Below are positions 14,153 to 26,670 of a DNA stretch of 64,000 nt, one piece after another. The translations under genes were made by a program, and so were the position numbers. A model generated the notes under the pieces. It saw only the letters and a list, made by a program, of their open reading frames with translations, was not told the origin of the DNA and searched no databases. The DNA is taken from positions 17,360,001 through 17,424,000 of the forward strand of contig NC_043002.1 in the NCBI RefSeq assembly GCF_006345805.1, in the 5' to 3' direction. Numbering within the stretch: position 1 is the first letter of the stretch; every line of letters starts with the position of its first letter. The stretch is from Octopus sinensis (lineage: Eukaryota).

Positions 14153-15055
14153 TATATATATATAATATATACATATAGTGTGAGTGTGTTTGTGTATGTG
14201 TGTGTATGTGTGTGTGTGTTTGTGTGTGTGTGGGCATGTATGTATATTGAGCCATCCCATGCCAGACTGATAAGCAGGAGAAAGCTACAAATCTGTTGCA
14301 TTTTTTTATCATTTATGGCTTCATCACAGGACGAAGGTAAGTATTCTCCTTTTCAAAACCTTACAGATAGACATTTAAGAAGGATAAATGTTCATTTAAC
14401 CAGAGTTCTAAACAAAGTTCAGACGACAGATCTCCTTCACCAACTTAAAAATGTCAAAACTGTCAGTCAACAAGACACTTTACTTCATTTGATATGTTTT
14501 CAATTGCATTCCTTTTCCCTTAAATACATAAATGCCCATAGAGTATGCCAATAATTGAAAGGCAAAATTTTGGTGAAAATGTAATGTAAATGTTCACGTG
14601 TCAGCATTTTGTCATTGGGTAAATATGTTTATACCAATATATATACTTCCCTACGTATTAATAAATCGAGATAATATATGACAATCGTTAATTCATAAGT
14701 GTAAGTTGAGAGTGTCGCAATGAATTGCTAACTTACAATTAAGTGTTGGATTAACATACAAAATTGCTAACAAGATAATCTTACATGAAATCTAAAGAAT
14801 CACCTCGTTCAATTAGAGCGTATTCGAAAGGAAGTAATCAAATTTCGCGACTAAGTAATCTTTCAGATTTCTGAGATCATTAGATGAGATCTACCACTGA
14901 ATGTTGGAGACACATATAATAGTAGGTGACTACAGAGCCTGTTACATCACATTCTCGAAAGTCCCATAAAAAATATTTATAATTTAATGAGAGTTAATAT
15001 TTACAACTTTGTTTGGACTTAAAATTACCATGGCGTCTAGTGCAATGCATTCTGA

Positions 15056-15415
15056 TTGGATGACGATGAAACACTCGGTAATGTGCATTTCTCGAAACAA
15101 CTGGTAATACATTTGTAATGTTCCGGCTATATATGTATCATATATGATTGTAGGTCTGAAGATAATTATCACATTTTGGATGGCGATGAAACACTCGGTA
15201 ATGTACGTTTCTCGAAACAGCTGGTAATACTTTTGTAATATTCCTGCTATATATGTATCAAATATTATTGTAGGTCTGAAGATAATTCTTTCATTTTGGA
15301 TGTCGATGAAACACTCGTAATCTGCATTTCTCGAAACAGCTCGTAATACATTTGTAATGTTCCGGCAATATATGTATCAAATATGTTTGTAGGTCTGAAG
15401 AAAATTCTCTCATCT
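15056..15415 (+). repeat. Tandem repeat, 3 x ~120 bp
   Basis: Units start at ttggat at 15056, 15176 and 15296, with high mutual similarity. Confidence 0.9.
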
Positions 15416-16576
15416 TCTACCAGTCTCGGCGCTCTTGTAGAGTATCATTAGTATTCCCTTTCCTTACAAATAAAAGATTTTCAAACATAGATACATTAGA
15501 GTAAAATCCATACTAGTGTTCTCATCAGCTCTAAATACATCCAAGGAAAGATCCAGCGCCTAACTCGCCACGATAAAAGACACCACCAAGCTCGCTAATC
15601 TCAGCCATCGTTGTCTACATATAATGCATATAAAGTGGGTACGAAAGGTATTCCATCTAGAAATAACAGGGTATATTACAGTGTGATGCTTGGAATCTGT
15701 ACTATGTGTATAACTCCTGAGACAGTTTGATAACTTTTTTGCTGCAGCTGTATAATTATTTGAAATCTCTTTCTCCTTCCCCCCCTCTCTCTCTATCTCT
15801 CTCTTACCCTCTCGTAATGTATATATTATATTTGTATATGCATCGTGGTATTAACCAAATTTGATAGTTTTGATGGGCTAATATGGAATAATTACTGAAA
15901 TTAATATGCGGTATAGCTTGTAATCTTATCTGAGCCTTCCTGTCAATATCTCACAATTTAATTAGATCTATCACTATCGTTAATGACACATTTTAATTGA
16001 GTTTCCCCGATGATTATATGTTGCGGATATAGTTACAGGTGTGTTGAATTTTATATCTATATTCGATAACTCCCAAATGAATATATGTATATCCCCTAGA
16101 TATTTTCTCCATTATCATGAGATAAAGAGTGAAAAGTATCCTACAATAAAATGTCAATACAAACGCAATTAATGTGTTTTAATTGCGTTTGTGATGACGG
16201 TATTTTATTCTAGGTACCCTCTGCTGGTATCTGTCTCACATCTGCTTGATGTGGTTCTGGGTTTTTGCTATTGTAGTTGACCTTTAACACCAAATAAATT
16301 TCAGAGTTCAGATTGACGTTCATATGTTTTCAATCTTTGCTTAGACCTTGTGCCAAGGTAAGTTTTAAGGCAGCAGAATATGAACTTAGTGACACTTAGC
16401 AGAATATTCATATAGTATGAACAAATGTGCTTGAGGCTGCCTCATCGATTAAGGATTCCGTTAGTATTTAATGCCTGATTGAAGATATCAAGACGAATAA
16501 GGGAAATGAAGCGTCATACCTGACAACAATGTAATCCAGTATTTCATTTTAAAATATACATAGGTAAATGTAAATA

Positions 16577-16607
<31 letters not shown>

Positions 16608-16808
16608 CACATATACATACATACATACATACATACATACATACATACATACATACATACATACATACATACATACCTACATACATACATAATATATACA
16701 TACATATTTAAAATGAGGGTGAGATGTTGGATATTAATTTAATTAACATCGATTTCACACCAGTGGTCTAGCATATAAAAAAAAACTGAAGGCTCAGTAA
16801 AATTGTAT

Positions 16809-16998
16809 TATATACATATTAGCGGGAAACCACTATGTGGACACCATTATGCTAGAAGTAGATCCGCTATGGTCTTACTACTAAGAAATTTTCGCAAGAA
16901 AAGATTTTCTTGAGAACATTTCTTAGTGGTAAGACCATAGTGGATCTATTTCTAGCATAAGGGTGCCCACATAGTGGTTTCCCTCTAATATGTATATA
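16809..16998. repeat. 190-bp near-perfect palindrome (94-bp arms, 2-nt loop)
   Basis: Arms 16809-16902 and 16905-16998 differ at about 8 positions by manual comparison. TA-rich ends. Confidence 0.9.
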
Positions 16999-17399
16999 TA
17001 CATACAAATATAAACTGCGGCCTGTCGAAAGGTTCTGGTCCTAGAGTTCTATGTTTTTAAGCAATGTAGAGCCACGACTTTCCACCGATTGTTCCCAGGT
17101 TGTAATCTCTGTCTGAGTCACAGCTATGGTGTAAATAGAATGTAATGACCCGCGACAGGATATAATAACGTCATGGGACGCAGCATGGTGGATGTAAGAT
17201 ATTTTAGCAAAAGATCTTAATGGATCAATGGCGAATACCACTAAATAGTGAGTGGGAGGAGAGACAAAATAAATGTGAATAGCCAGTATCAGCCAGTTCA
17301 GTTAGCGAACTACTTCTATGAACCCTAGTCGATTGATGCATAGAGGAGATATTTTAGCAACGAAACACCAAGTTGTCTAACTCTCAAGAGAATTATTCA

Positions 17400-18330
17400 T
17401 GCTGAGTGGCTCAAGGGTACATTAAGAGTTAAATGTTGCGTTAAACTCAGGATGTCTGCTACAGAGACATTAAGGATGCTTCGGCAAGCTTACGGCAACG
17501 TGTCAATGAGTCGTACGCAATGTTTCGAGTCACACGGGTGCTTCAAAAGCGGCATATGTCCTGGGAAGGACGCCGAGGTGGCAGAAACGTTAGCACGCCT
17601 TGCGAAATGCGTAGCCGTATTTCATCTGCCGTTACGTTCCGAGGTCGACTTTGCCTTTCATCCTTTCGAGGTCGATTAAATAAGTACCAGTTACGCACTG
17701 GAGTCGATATAATCGACTTAATCCGTTTTTCAGTCCTTGTTTGTCCCCTCTGTGTTTAGCCCTTTGTCGGTAGTAAAGAAATAGGTATATATCCTGGGAA
17801 GATGATGAGCGATGTGGAAGAACTGCTATGAACGTCACACCAGGAGTTGTGGAGGAAATTCATCAGCTTATAGATGAGGATTATCGGAGGATAATTCATG
17901 AAGTTTTGTAGCATTTGAGGGAGGACTGTCGACGAAATGGAATGGATCTGCAGAGCACGAAGAATTGAATACGTAATGACGACAATTCACTCTGTCACAT
18001 TCGTGAGTTTCTTGCCCAAAACAATATAATGATGCTTTCACATCCCATTCAGCAGATTTAGCACTTGCGGATTTCCATCTCTTTCCCAAGAGCAAAACGC
18101 TGATCAAAGTTCGCCGTTTTAACAGTGTTGTTGAGATCAAGAGCCAATAGCAGGAGATCCTCGAATCGCGAACGGAAAACGACCCCCAGCCCGGGTTCAA
18201 AAGTGGAAAGAACCCTGGGAAATGTGAATTGCTGCGCAAGTTGACTATTTCGAAATAGAAATCTTAAAACTTAGGTAAAAAAGTTATGTTTTAATAAGCA
18301 TAATTAATCCGGGAACTTTTTGATCAGAAT
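17400..18330 (+). mobile_element. Decayed, internally deleted mariner element interrupted by a SINE
   Basis: N-terminal SATETLRMLRQAYGNVSMSRTQCFE...FKSG, then EDDER-CGR after the SINE. C-terminal SADLALADFHLFPK (YSPDLAPxDF motif). TIR-like end ccgggaactttttgatcag...ta. Confidence 0.75.
17566..17786 (+). mobile_element. tRNA-derived SINE, family B, nested in mariner with 18-bp TSD
   Basis: Homologous to 30545-30778. TSD ggcatatgtcctgggaag (17551-17568) / ggtatatatcctgggaag (17784-17801). Confidence 0.88.
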
Positions 18331-18359
18331 GAGTATATAACTGTATATATGTATATATC

Positions 18360-18430
<71 letters not shown>

Positions 18431-18885
18431 CAAAATAATAAATAACACATATGCATAATCCGTGTTACGAAGGTAAAGGCAAGACACGACTTCGGTGAAA
18501 CGGTCCTTCCCGCAAAGCAAATTAAATAAAATTTGAGATTTTTTGCGGAGGAGTAAGAGTGGTAACAAGAACAGAACAGTAAGAATAATACAAGACAGTT
18601 AAAATACAAGTAAAAACAGTAAACGACAGGTCAAATAGAATGTTCCTTGTGTTGTATGTCTTGTACCTTGGTTTTTCGTTGTTTGAAACAAACTGTCCGT
18701 TTCCATGGTTCTGTTTTCGTTTCTCATTGTGTTCGACGTTTTATTTGTGGTGTCCTGTACCCATATATGCATGTATATATATACATATAGATGTAGGTAC
18801 GTACATATATGTATATATGGATATGTTTTATTTATTATTTTCTTATTATATGATGGAACGCCACGCATCCACTTCCAAGTAAGTA
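18431..18885. mobile_element. Unclassified ~450-bp insert in (TA)n with strand-asymmetric halves
   Basis: Bounded by TA repeats. Purine-rich first half, pyrimidine-rich second half; no clear hammerhead core. Confidence 0.35.
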
Positions 18886-19715
18886 TATTTATATATATAC
18901 ACACAGATATATATGTATATATATAATATCAAAATAACTGAAATAGTTTGTAATTCTATTTGACAATAACAAAAATAGAAAATCATGACAAATTGTTCCA
19001 AAACCTAAAATATGCTTAAAATTATATTATTATATTTAATAAATAAATTACATACATGCCTGGAATAATGGAATGCCAAAAATGTTTTCAAAATAATCAA
19101 GAAATTAAGCCAACTTACAAAATATTCTCTCGTGATATTTGAATTTTCTTATTGAATAAAATCTAACCAAAATATTTTCTGTCATTTATGACCTTTGTGC
19201 ACGCCTTATCGTCTTCTCTTGCATTGTACTATATATTATATATTTTGTGCAATTATACATTAAGGAGCTATTTTTATGAGAATTACTGGGTTACTTGAAT
19301 CCGTGTATTGTGACTTAAATTTACGTAATTGTGTGGGTGTATGTGCGTGTGTATGTCTGTGTATACAAATGTACGGATACACACACATATATATATATAT
19401 GTATGTATATGTGGGGGTGTATTACTATATATGTTTCTATGTATGTATAAGTATGCTTATATAGAGACCGTAAGGGCTCTCTTGTGCAAAGAAGGATTAA
19501 GTATATAATTTCATACCAGCGGGACCAGTTAATATTTCACAGAATTGATGGTAATCATATTGGGTTATTCCTGAACACTTCCTGCAAAAAAAAAAAAAAA
19601 ACTGAAAGCGTAGCTTGTGGAATGTCTGTATGGAAAGGAAGTCGCTCCTCTGCTATTCATTGAAACGTGAATGAAACGAATACGATGATGACTTAATGCA
19701 CTTTATTAATTATTT

Positions 19716-20020
19716 TTGCGCCCTTTTCAAACCTAGCCAGTCTCAAGGGCCCGGTTTCCCGGTTTCTGTGGCGTATGTGTTCCCTCCAGATGGACGGCAC
19801 GCCAGTCCATCGCAGCGTTACTCAAGAAACAGGAAGAAAGAGTGAAAGAAAGCTGGGGCAAAAGAGTACAACAGGGCTCGCCACTAACATCTGCAGGAGC
19901 CTCGTGGGGGCTTTAGTTGTTTTCGCTCAATAAACACACACAACGTCCAGTCTGGGAATCGAAACTGCGATCCTCCGACCGCGAGTCCGATGTCCTAACC
20001 ACTGGGCCATTGCACCTCCA
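19716..20020 (-). mobile_element. tRNA-derived SINE, family C (near full length)
   Basis: Minus strand tggaggtgcaatggcccagtggttagg...gtttcgattccc. Matches 1459-1654. Confidence 0.85.
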
Positions 20021-21862
20021 CAATTCACTTTATATATACACTTTATATAATTTATGAACAATTTTATAGGCTTAATACACAGCACTCATTAAATAAATGT
20101 TCACTCTTATTTTTTCCTTTTTCTCCATAAACAAAAAAAGAAAATCCCGTACAACCTTTAGTTAAAGTGCATATATGTGCCACGTAAATAAGCTCCACCA
20201 TTTCACGAATTGCACTAATGCGCATGCATTAAGTGATAGGTGATGTAAAAAAAAATTAATTCAACCATTAAAAAATACACTTTTCACCATTCAATGACCA
20301 GCGCCTGCATTAATTTGTTCTTTGTCTTTGTTGATAGTTGCATGCATTTTATTATAAGACTTGATGGTTGTTACAGCAGAGATAGAGAAGTCAAGCTGAG
20401 AAGTAATATCCCTTGCAGAGCAGTGGTTTAATTACAGAGTTTTTGACAATGAACTGGAATATTGTTTACTTTTCAAGGTGGTTTGATTGTTGAGAACGCT
20501 CTATGTAATTACTTGCGAAAAGCGGCTATGCTGTCATGTGTTTAAAATATCATTTCCTTGCTGTGAAGGTGAATATAGCCAGGACGTAGAAGCATAATAT
20601 ATATGATCAAAATCTATCACATGGCAAAATTTAAGAAAAAGCGTACAATGCGAATATGCACTTAACTTTCTATTTTGCTAAATAATAAAGTCATTAATTT
20701 TACGAAATGTATCAATTGTTCTCGATGATTAATCAATTAAAAGAGGTTGCTTCTCTGAATAATTCGATTAAATTTCAATTTTTGCAGGCTAATCAACAAG
20801 TACATTATTTTGGGCATATGAAAATCTCCACGTTATATATTTCATCCTATAGTTTTTCTTTTACATTTTGTTTCTTTTCTGTAGTTTCAGCTCCGAGCTA
20901 CGGCCATGCAGATGCACCGCCATAAAATAATTATTAAATACTGTAAAATTTGTTTAAATTAATTACTCTATTTTGTTTTCTTTTATTTCTGTTATGTGGC
21001 AAAATTTAGCTCGCATACAAGAAATACCTTAGGATAGGCGCCGACTACATAAATTATCACTTCTCTGGATCAGTGTTGTATTAATAATGTTTCTCCATTC
21101 ATAATAAGATAGATGATATCGAATCAAATTCATAAAATATTCCTGTGGAATTGTTTATTAGTATTTTTTGTGAATAATAATTTTGTACGAGTCTTCTTCC
21201 TAAAAGAAGATTCAAACTGCCCGAGGCTGTTCACTGTTCTTTTGAATATAAATTACATAGATATTTGTTTACAACAATACTACACTTCATTTTGCTTCTT
21301 TTATAGAAAAAAAATAAAGACAAGAGCATATAATATATGAGCCAGAGAGGATAATATGATTAGAAACCGTTTATCATATCCTTAGGCTAACACAGAATTA
21401 TCCTTGTGATTAACGAAAATGTTATATGCAATTCATCGTTGACAAGATAAATTTACTTATCATTTCAGGTAGAGCTTTTGTTTTTCGTGTGCGTGCCAGC
21501 ATATTCATGAGATATAATATTATGCGTGATGTTTGTGTGTGAACGTGTATGCAAATGTATTCCTATGATTATGCGAAAGTTTGAGCCATACTAGTTAATT
21601 ATTTACACGTTACGTATTAAGAAATGTGCCTTGTTTAGAAGTGCGTGGTGTTATCCACACTTTAAGCGATGTGATAGTCATTATAATTGTACGTTTTGTA
21701 TTCATGTTTCTAGAACACTTGTTACAATGTGCTGCAGGCGTGAATTTTCCATCTATTGTAAACACTACTATAGGAACTGTGAACCATTTATTCATAGAAA
21801 CAGTGCATTGACGTAACTATTAAGTCCCTCAGTATTGGCGCACTTGCTTTATAATTCAATAT

Positions 21863-22062
21863 AAGGCGAAATACTTAGCGGTATTTCGTCTGTCGTTACG
21901 TTCTGAGTTCAAATTCCACCCAGGTCGACTTTGCCTTTCGTCCTCTAGGGGTCGATAAATAAAATACTAGTTTCGCACTGGGTCGATGTAATAGATTTAA
22001 TCCCCTTTGTCTGTCCTTGTTTGTCCCCTCTATGTTTAGCCCCTTGTGAGCAGTAAAGAAAT
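21863..22062 (+). mobile_element. SINE family B with deletion in the head
   Basis: Matches 30545-30778 from ggcgaaat onward. Flanked by a tataattcaatat direct repeat. Confidence 0.85.
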
Positions 22063-22670
22063 ATATATAATTCAATATTTATATATACCTTACTAGTTTC
22101 ACTGTCAAAGTGTATTACCCAATGTACAGTTTGGTCAATTTTCGATATTTGAAAGATGAGCATTTCACCATAAAACCTATGAAGTATGAATAAGCTGATA
22201 ATATAGTTAAAAGTTTGTGCAGGTGGTTTATCCTGGGGAGGAAAGGGATTTGTTTTAACCTTTCAAAATTATGAGATTTCTTTCTTCATATTGAATTCAA
22301 ATATGTTCGTGGAATTTTTCATGCGAATTAATGAGTGAGCAGAAAGTTATATCGATATAACTCTCATAAATTGGCCAAACATGCATTCGATATGCCTTGC
22401 TGAAACTGTTGGATGTTTGACATTCACAGACTTGTTATTTTATAAATTTATAAAAAACATAATTTATTTACGATAACTTTATTTATGCAGTTAATACTTC
22501 AACTCTATCTTCGTTGGAAATTCTTATCTTTCCAAACCAGTATCAATGATATTTTCCATCTTATCTCCTAAAAGACCAATGAATTGTAGCTATATAGTTT
22601 AATGCATGTCACCAAATGTAAAACTGGCTATGAGAAAACACAAAATAGATTTAAGTAATATTTATGTAAC

Positions 22671-23082
22671 AGGCGCAGGAGTGGCAGTGTGGTAAGTAGC
22701 TTGTTTACCAACCACATGGTTCCGGGTTCAGTCCCACTGCGTGGCACCTTGGGCAAGCGTCGTCTACTATAACCTCGGGCCGACCAAAGCCTTGTGAGTG
22801 GATTTGGTAGACGGAAACTGAAAGAAGCCCGTCGTATATATGTATATATATATATGCGTGTGTGTGTCTGTGTTTGTCCCCCTAGCATTGCTTGACAACC
22901 GATGCTGGTGTGTTTATGTCCCCGTTACTTAGCGGTTCGGCAAAAGAAACCGATAGACTAAGTACTGGACTTACAAAAGAATAAGTCCCGGGGTCGAGTT
23001 GCTCGATTAAAAGGCGGTGCTCGAGCATGGCCGCAGTCAAATGACTGAAACAAGAAAAAGAGTAAAAGAGTATAAAAGAGTA
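22671..23082 (+). mobile_element. tRNA-derived SINE, family A, full length, with internal (TA)/(TG) microsatellite and (gagtaaaa)n tail
   Basis: A box gtggcagtgtgg, B box ggttcagtccc. Many homologous copies in the window. Confidence 0.9.
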
Positions 23083-23438
23083 AAAAAAAAACTCTATTCG
23101 TAGTAAAACTGCAACCAGTATTACAGTTACTATTATTAGAATTATTTATTTACTTACAGAACATGATAGATGAAGGGAGCAATTCCCACCGTTAACTATA
23201 AACAATATAAGAATTACTTTATTGCATTTTACGAATTTCAGTGAAATATTTCACGGGCTTTCTCGAATGCTTCTTCTCATATATGCTATCTATATGATAT
23301 TCATACGTATTACCGTCACTAATAGCTACCAATGCAACGTGTTTCAGCCTGAGACCGTAGTCCACTAATCAGTCCATTCAGATGTCAGTAATAGGTACTA
23401 GATCGATGGGATATTTTAGGTATGTAATACTATAGTGA

Positions 23439-23475
<37 letters not shown>

Positions 23476-23511
23476 ATACTTTTTCAGGAGAGTACTTTTA
23501 GGAGAGAATGT

Positions 23512-23737
23512 ATGTCAATTATATCGACACCAGTATTCAGTCGGTACTCACATCATTCAACCCCGCAAGGATGAGAGGCAAATATGAACTTTGCAGAATT
23601 TGAGCATAGCATATAAAGACAGATGAAACAAGTACCAGGATTTAAAAATAAAAATACTGTGGTCATATTTTTCGATTAAAACCGTTCACGGCTGCGCTCC
23701 AACATGGCTGCAGCCCAATCACTGAAACAAGTAAAAT
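23512..23737. mobile_element. Eroded SINE B fragment (-) abutting SINE A 3' fragment (+)
   Basis: tcgacaccagt...ggatgagaggcaaa...gaatttgagc followed by ctccaacatggctgcagcccaatcactgaaacaagtaaaa. Confidence 0.6.
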
Positions 23738-23889
23738 ATACAAATGCAGATATACGTATATATGTATATTAGGATTTCTATCTATCTATCAATATATATA
23801 TATATATATATACATACACACATACATGCATACATACATATATATGTCTGTGTGTCCATGTTTACATGTATGTATGTATATCTGTTATC

Positions 23890-24070
23890 TACTACTTGTT
23901 TTAGGCATTATACTGCGCCCATGTACCAGCCTTATTTTTTAAGGCTGGTACATATTCTATTGTTCTATTTTTGCGACGTTCTATTTTATGGAGACCTAAA
24001 CACAGCATCGGTTGTCAAGCGGTGATGCAGTTGTAAACACAAAGACACGCGCATTCACACACACACACAT

Positions 24071-24119
<49 letters not shown>

Positions 24120-24275
24120 ATACGAAGGGATTCTTTCAGTTCCGTCTACAAAAATCCACTCACAAGGCTTTGGGCGGCCCGATGCCATAATAGTAAACAC
24201 TTAACCAATGAGACACGCGGTGGAACTGAAACTGGAGCCATGCGTTAGTAAAGCAACCTTATTATCACACAGTTA
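23890..24275 (-). mobile_element. SINE family A, diverged
   Basis: Reverse-complement similarity to 22671-23082, including the internal microsatellite. Confidence 0.8.
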
Positions 24276-24416
24276 TATATATCTTTAAATAAATATAAAA
24301 AACAAGGAAATTGAAATCTTTTCATACGAGAAGATAAATTAAAGAAAGGAAGTTGAAATGCACATGGAGTCTATAGAGAAGATTGTTGTTTTGCTTGCTT
24401 TCATTGTACTCTATTC

Positions 24417-24686
24417 TAGTGCTTCTCAAACTAAATGGTGTGGCATACCGGCAGTTTTTTTTTTCCAATGTGCCAGGGACGAGTAATATGTCTTAGTAAT
24501 ATTAATTTATACCAGAACCAATATTTATAATGAATATAATAAAAGTTAGCAAATAATACAATATTACATAGGCATTTTGTAAGCATTTTATAACGTTTCT
24601 TTCTTTCCTGAAAACTCACGGTGTACCGTCTGCTGATGGCTTGTGGATCAGCACCGGTCCGGGGACCGCCACTTTGAGTAGCACTG
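24417..24686. mobile_element. hAT (Charlie/Buster-like) MITE, 270 bp
   Basis: TIRs tagtgcttctcaaa / tttgagtagcactg. 8-bp TSD ctctattc (24409-24416) / ttctattc (24687-24694). Right end resembles MER5-type termini. Confidence 0.75.
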
Positions 24687-25835
24687 TTCTATTCAATTGT
24701 GATGCCATCTGATCCTGTATATGATTATCTGATATCAGAGTCGATTAAATACCGGAATTGTGGTGAAGTTTTACAATCCATATATTACACGACGGTGGAA
24801 ACATATAAAAAGCAATTACCATGTGTAGAATAAAGTTTTTCCGACATAAGTATGACGTCTTCTATCTTTTACTTGCTTCTACCATTACATTTCGGGCATG
24901 CTGGGGCACCGACGTGCTCAGTTTGTTCCTGTGACTTTAGTGGATGTTTTATTGAAACGAGTGTAGAGATATTTTATACTCGCTCTCTTTTTCTCTCTTT
25001 CCCTTCCTTTTACTCTCTCCCTCTTTCCCTCTCTCTCTCTATCAATCTACCTATCTCTGCCTTTCTCTCTCTAGTATCTCTCTGTTCACTCCATGCTCAG
25101 CTTTCTTCGAAAGAAGGCCGGTGGCGGTATATTGCATTTGTATATGAATTTGTACACATAATATTTTTGTGCCCACAAAGGAACAACCACAACTCACAAG
25201 CCAACCTTGCCCCCTTCGCTGCCTTCCAAATTATCTTTTCTCAGTTTCTTTCTTGTTGTTTCGACCTATTCTAAAGATTTGTGTATGGCTATCTCTCACC
25301 TGCTGTCATTGCCGAGTCTTGTAGATATCTGCGCATTCATGTGTGTGAAGTCAACCAACGTGTATTGTGTGTTGAATACCATTGTGATAATCCCTACATA
25401 TATCATCGATCTCTTTTAAACTGAAAATAAACGGTACGGTTTCAGTATTTCTATCTTCCGTCCACAATTGAACACTACTATGTGAACGCATAACAATCCT
25501 TTATTATGTGTCCGCAGAAAGCTTATAATAGTTTAACCTGAAATAATCTTCGTATGAAGGTGGCTGAAATACGTGTAACGTTGCGACACGTAAACACTCA
25601 TCACTATTCTACAACTATCCACATGTCTGATTTTAAAATATATCATGTCAACACAGCATGTCTATTTATTGTAGAATAGGGAAAACGAGAAATAAATCGC
25701 AGTAGGCATACTTACGGATTATTTGTCAAAGCAGAGATACCACTATAAAAATAACCGGCATGCGTATGTTATAGCCTGGTATCTTCTTTATCGTCATCTT
25801 TCCTTATTATCGGCCAATATTTGTGTAGGTATATA

Positions 25836-26401
25836 TCGGGTTGACCGAAGAGTTCGTACTGATTTTTAAAAGAAAGAAGAACGTCAATAAATACTTGCTA
25901 TTACATTTTTTAATCAGCCAAATATGAAACATTTTGTTGCACAATGCGTCCCCATCTTTCTTTTAACTTGAAAATACCCTCTTCCCAGAATTGAGGTGGT
26001 TTCATGGCAAAGAATTCATCAAGGTATCTTTTTACGTCATCCAAGTAATTGAAAATTTTACCATTACGATTAATCTGCAGAGACCTGAATAAGTGGAAAT
26101 CCGAAGGAGCAATATCTGGTGAATATGGAGGGTGGGGTAACACATCCCAGCCAAGCTGCGGCAATTTTTGTCTGGTCCCAAAGCATCAAGTACCGAAAAT
26201 TAACCTTCTCATCTTTTACTCTAAAGGGTTACAGAATTATCACAGGTTACAGGAACATAAACCTGCTTCCACAAAAAGATTACTTAAACTGTGCTCTAAA
26301 GGGAGGTGTAGTCAAATCCTATTTTATGGACTCAACCATGTTCTAAAACAAGTCGAAAGGTAAGCTACTATAAATCGGCACGAACTTTCCGGACAACCCA
26401 A
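25836..26401 (-). mobile_element. Non-autonomous mariner deletion derivative, copy 1
   Basis: TIRs with TA TSD. ORF 25910-26164 LGWDVLPHPPYSPDIAPSDFHLFRSLQ is the transposase C-terminus; the centre is deleted. Confidence 0.9.
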
Positions 26402-26670
26402 TATAAGAACAGAGGAATTTTCGGTCTGGCCACAGTAATTTTTATTAGGTATTTGTATTTTTCACATGAAAAGTACAATTATTTAGAATACTGAATACAT
26501 TATGTAATTAGAAAATTCATCCAGCAACCATGTAAAACACGTGAACATGACATATGTGACCCACTGCATTATCAACACTTGGCTCGAGAAGGACTTTTGA
26601 TTTATGATTTTCTATCACTCATGCTTAACAAATTCATAAATCATTACGCAGACTTTATTATAACGAAATA

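Noticed and set aside
14984-15172. 62-aa minus-strand ORF over the 120-bp (40-codon) repeat
   Set aside because: No recognisable domain, and a 1-nt deletion in the third unit breaks the frame.
15056-15415. Regularly spaced repeats as a CRISPR array
   Set aside because: Whole units repeat with no unique spacers, the context is eukaryotic, and no cas genes are present.
22671-22745. tRNA-like heads with A and B boxes as tRNA genes (also 30148, 56295, 19950-20020)
   Set aside because: No complete cloverleaf; each continues into a multi-copy SINE body.
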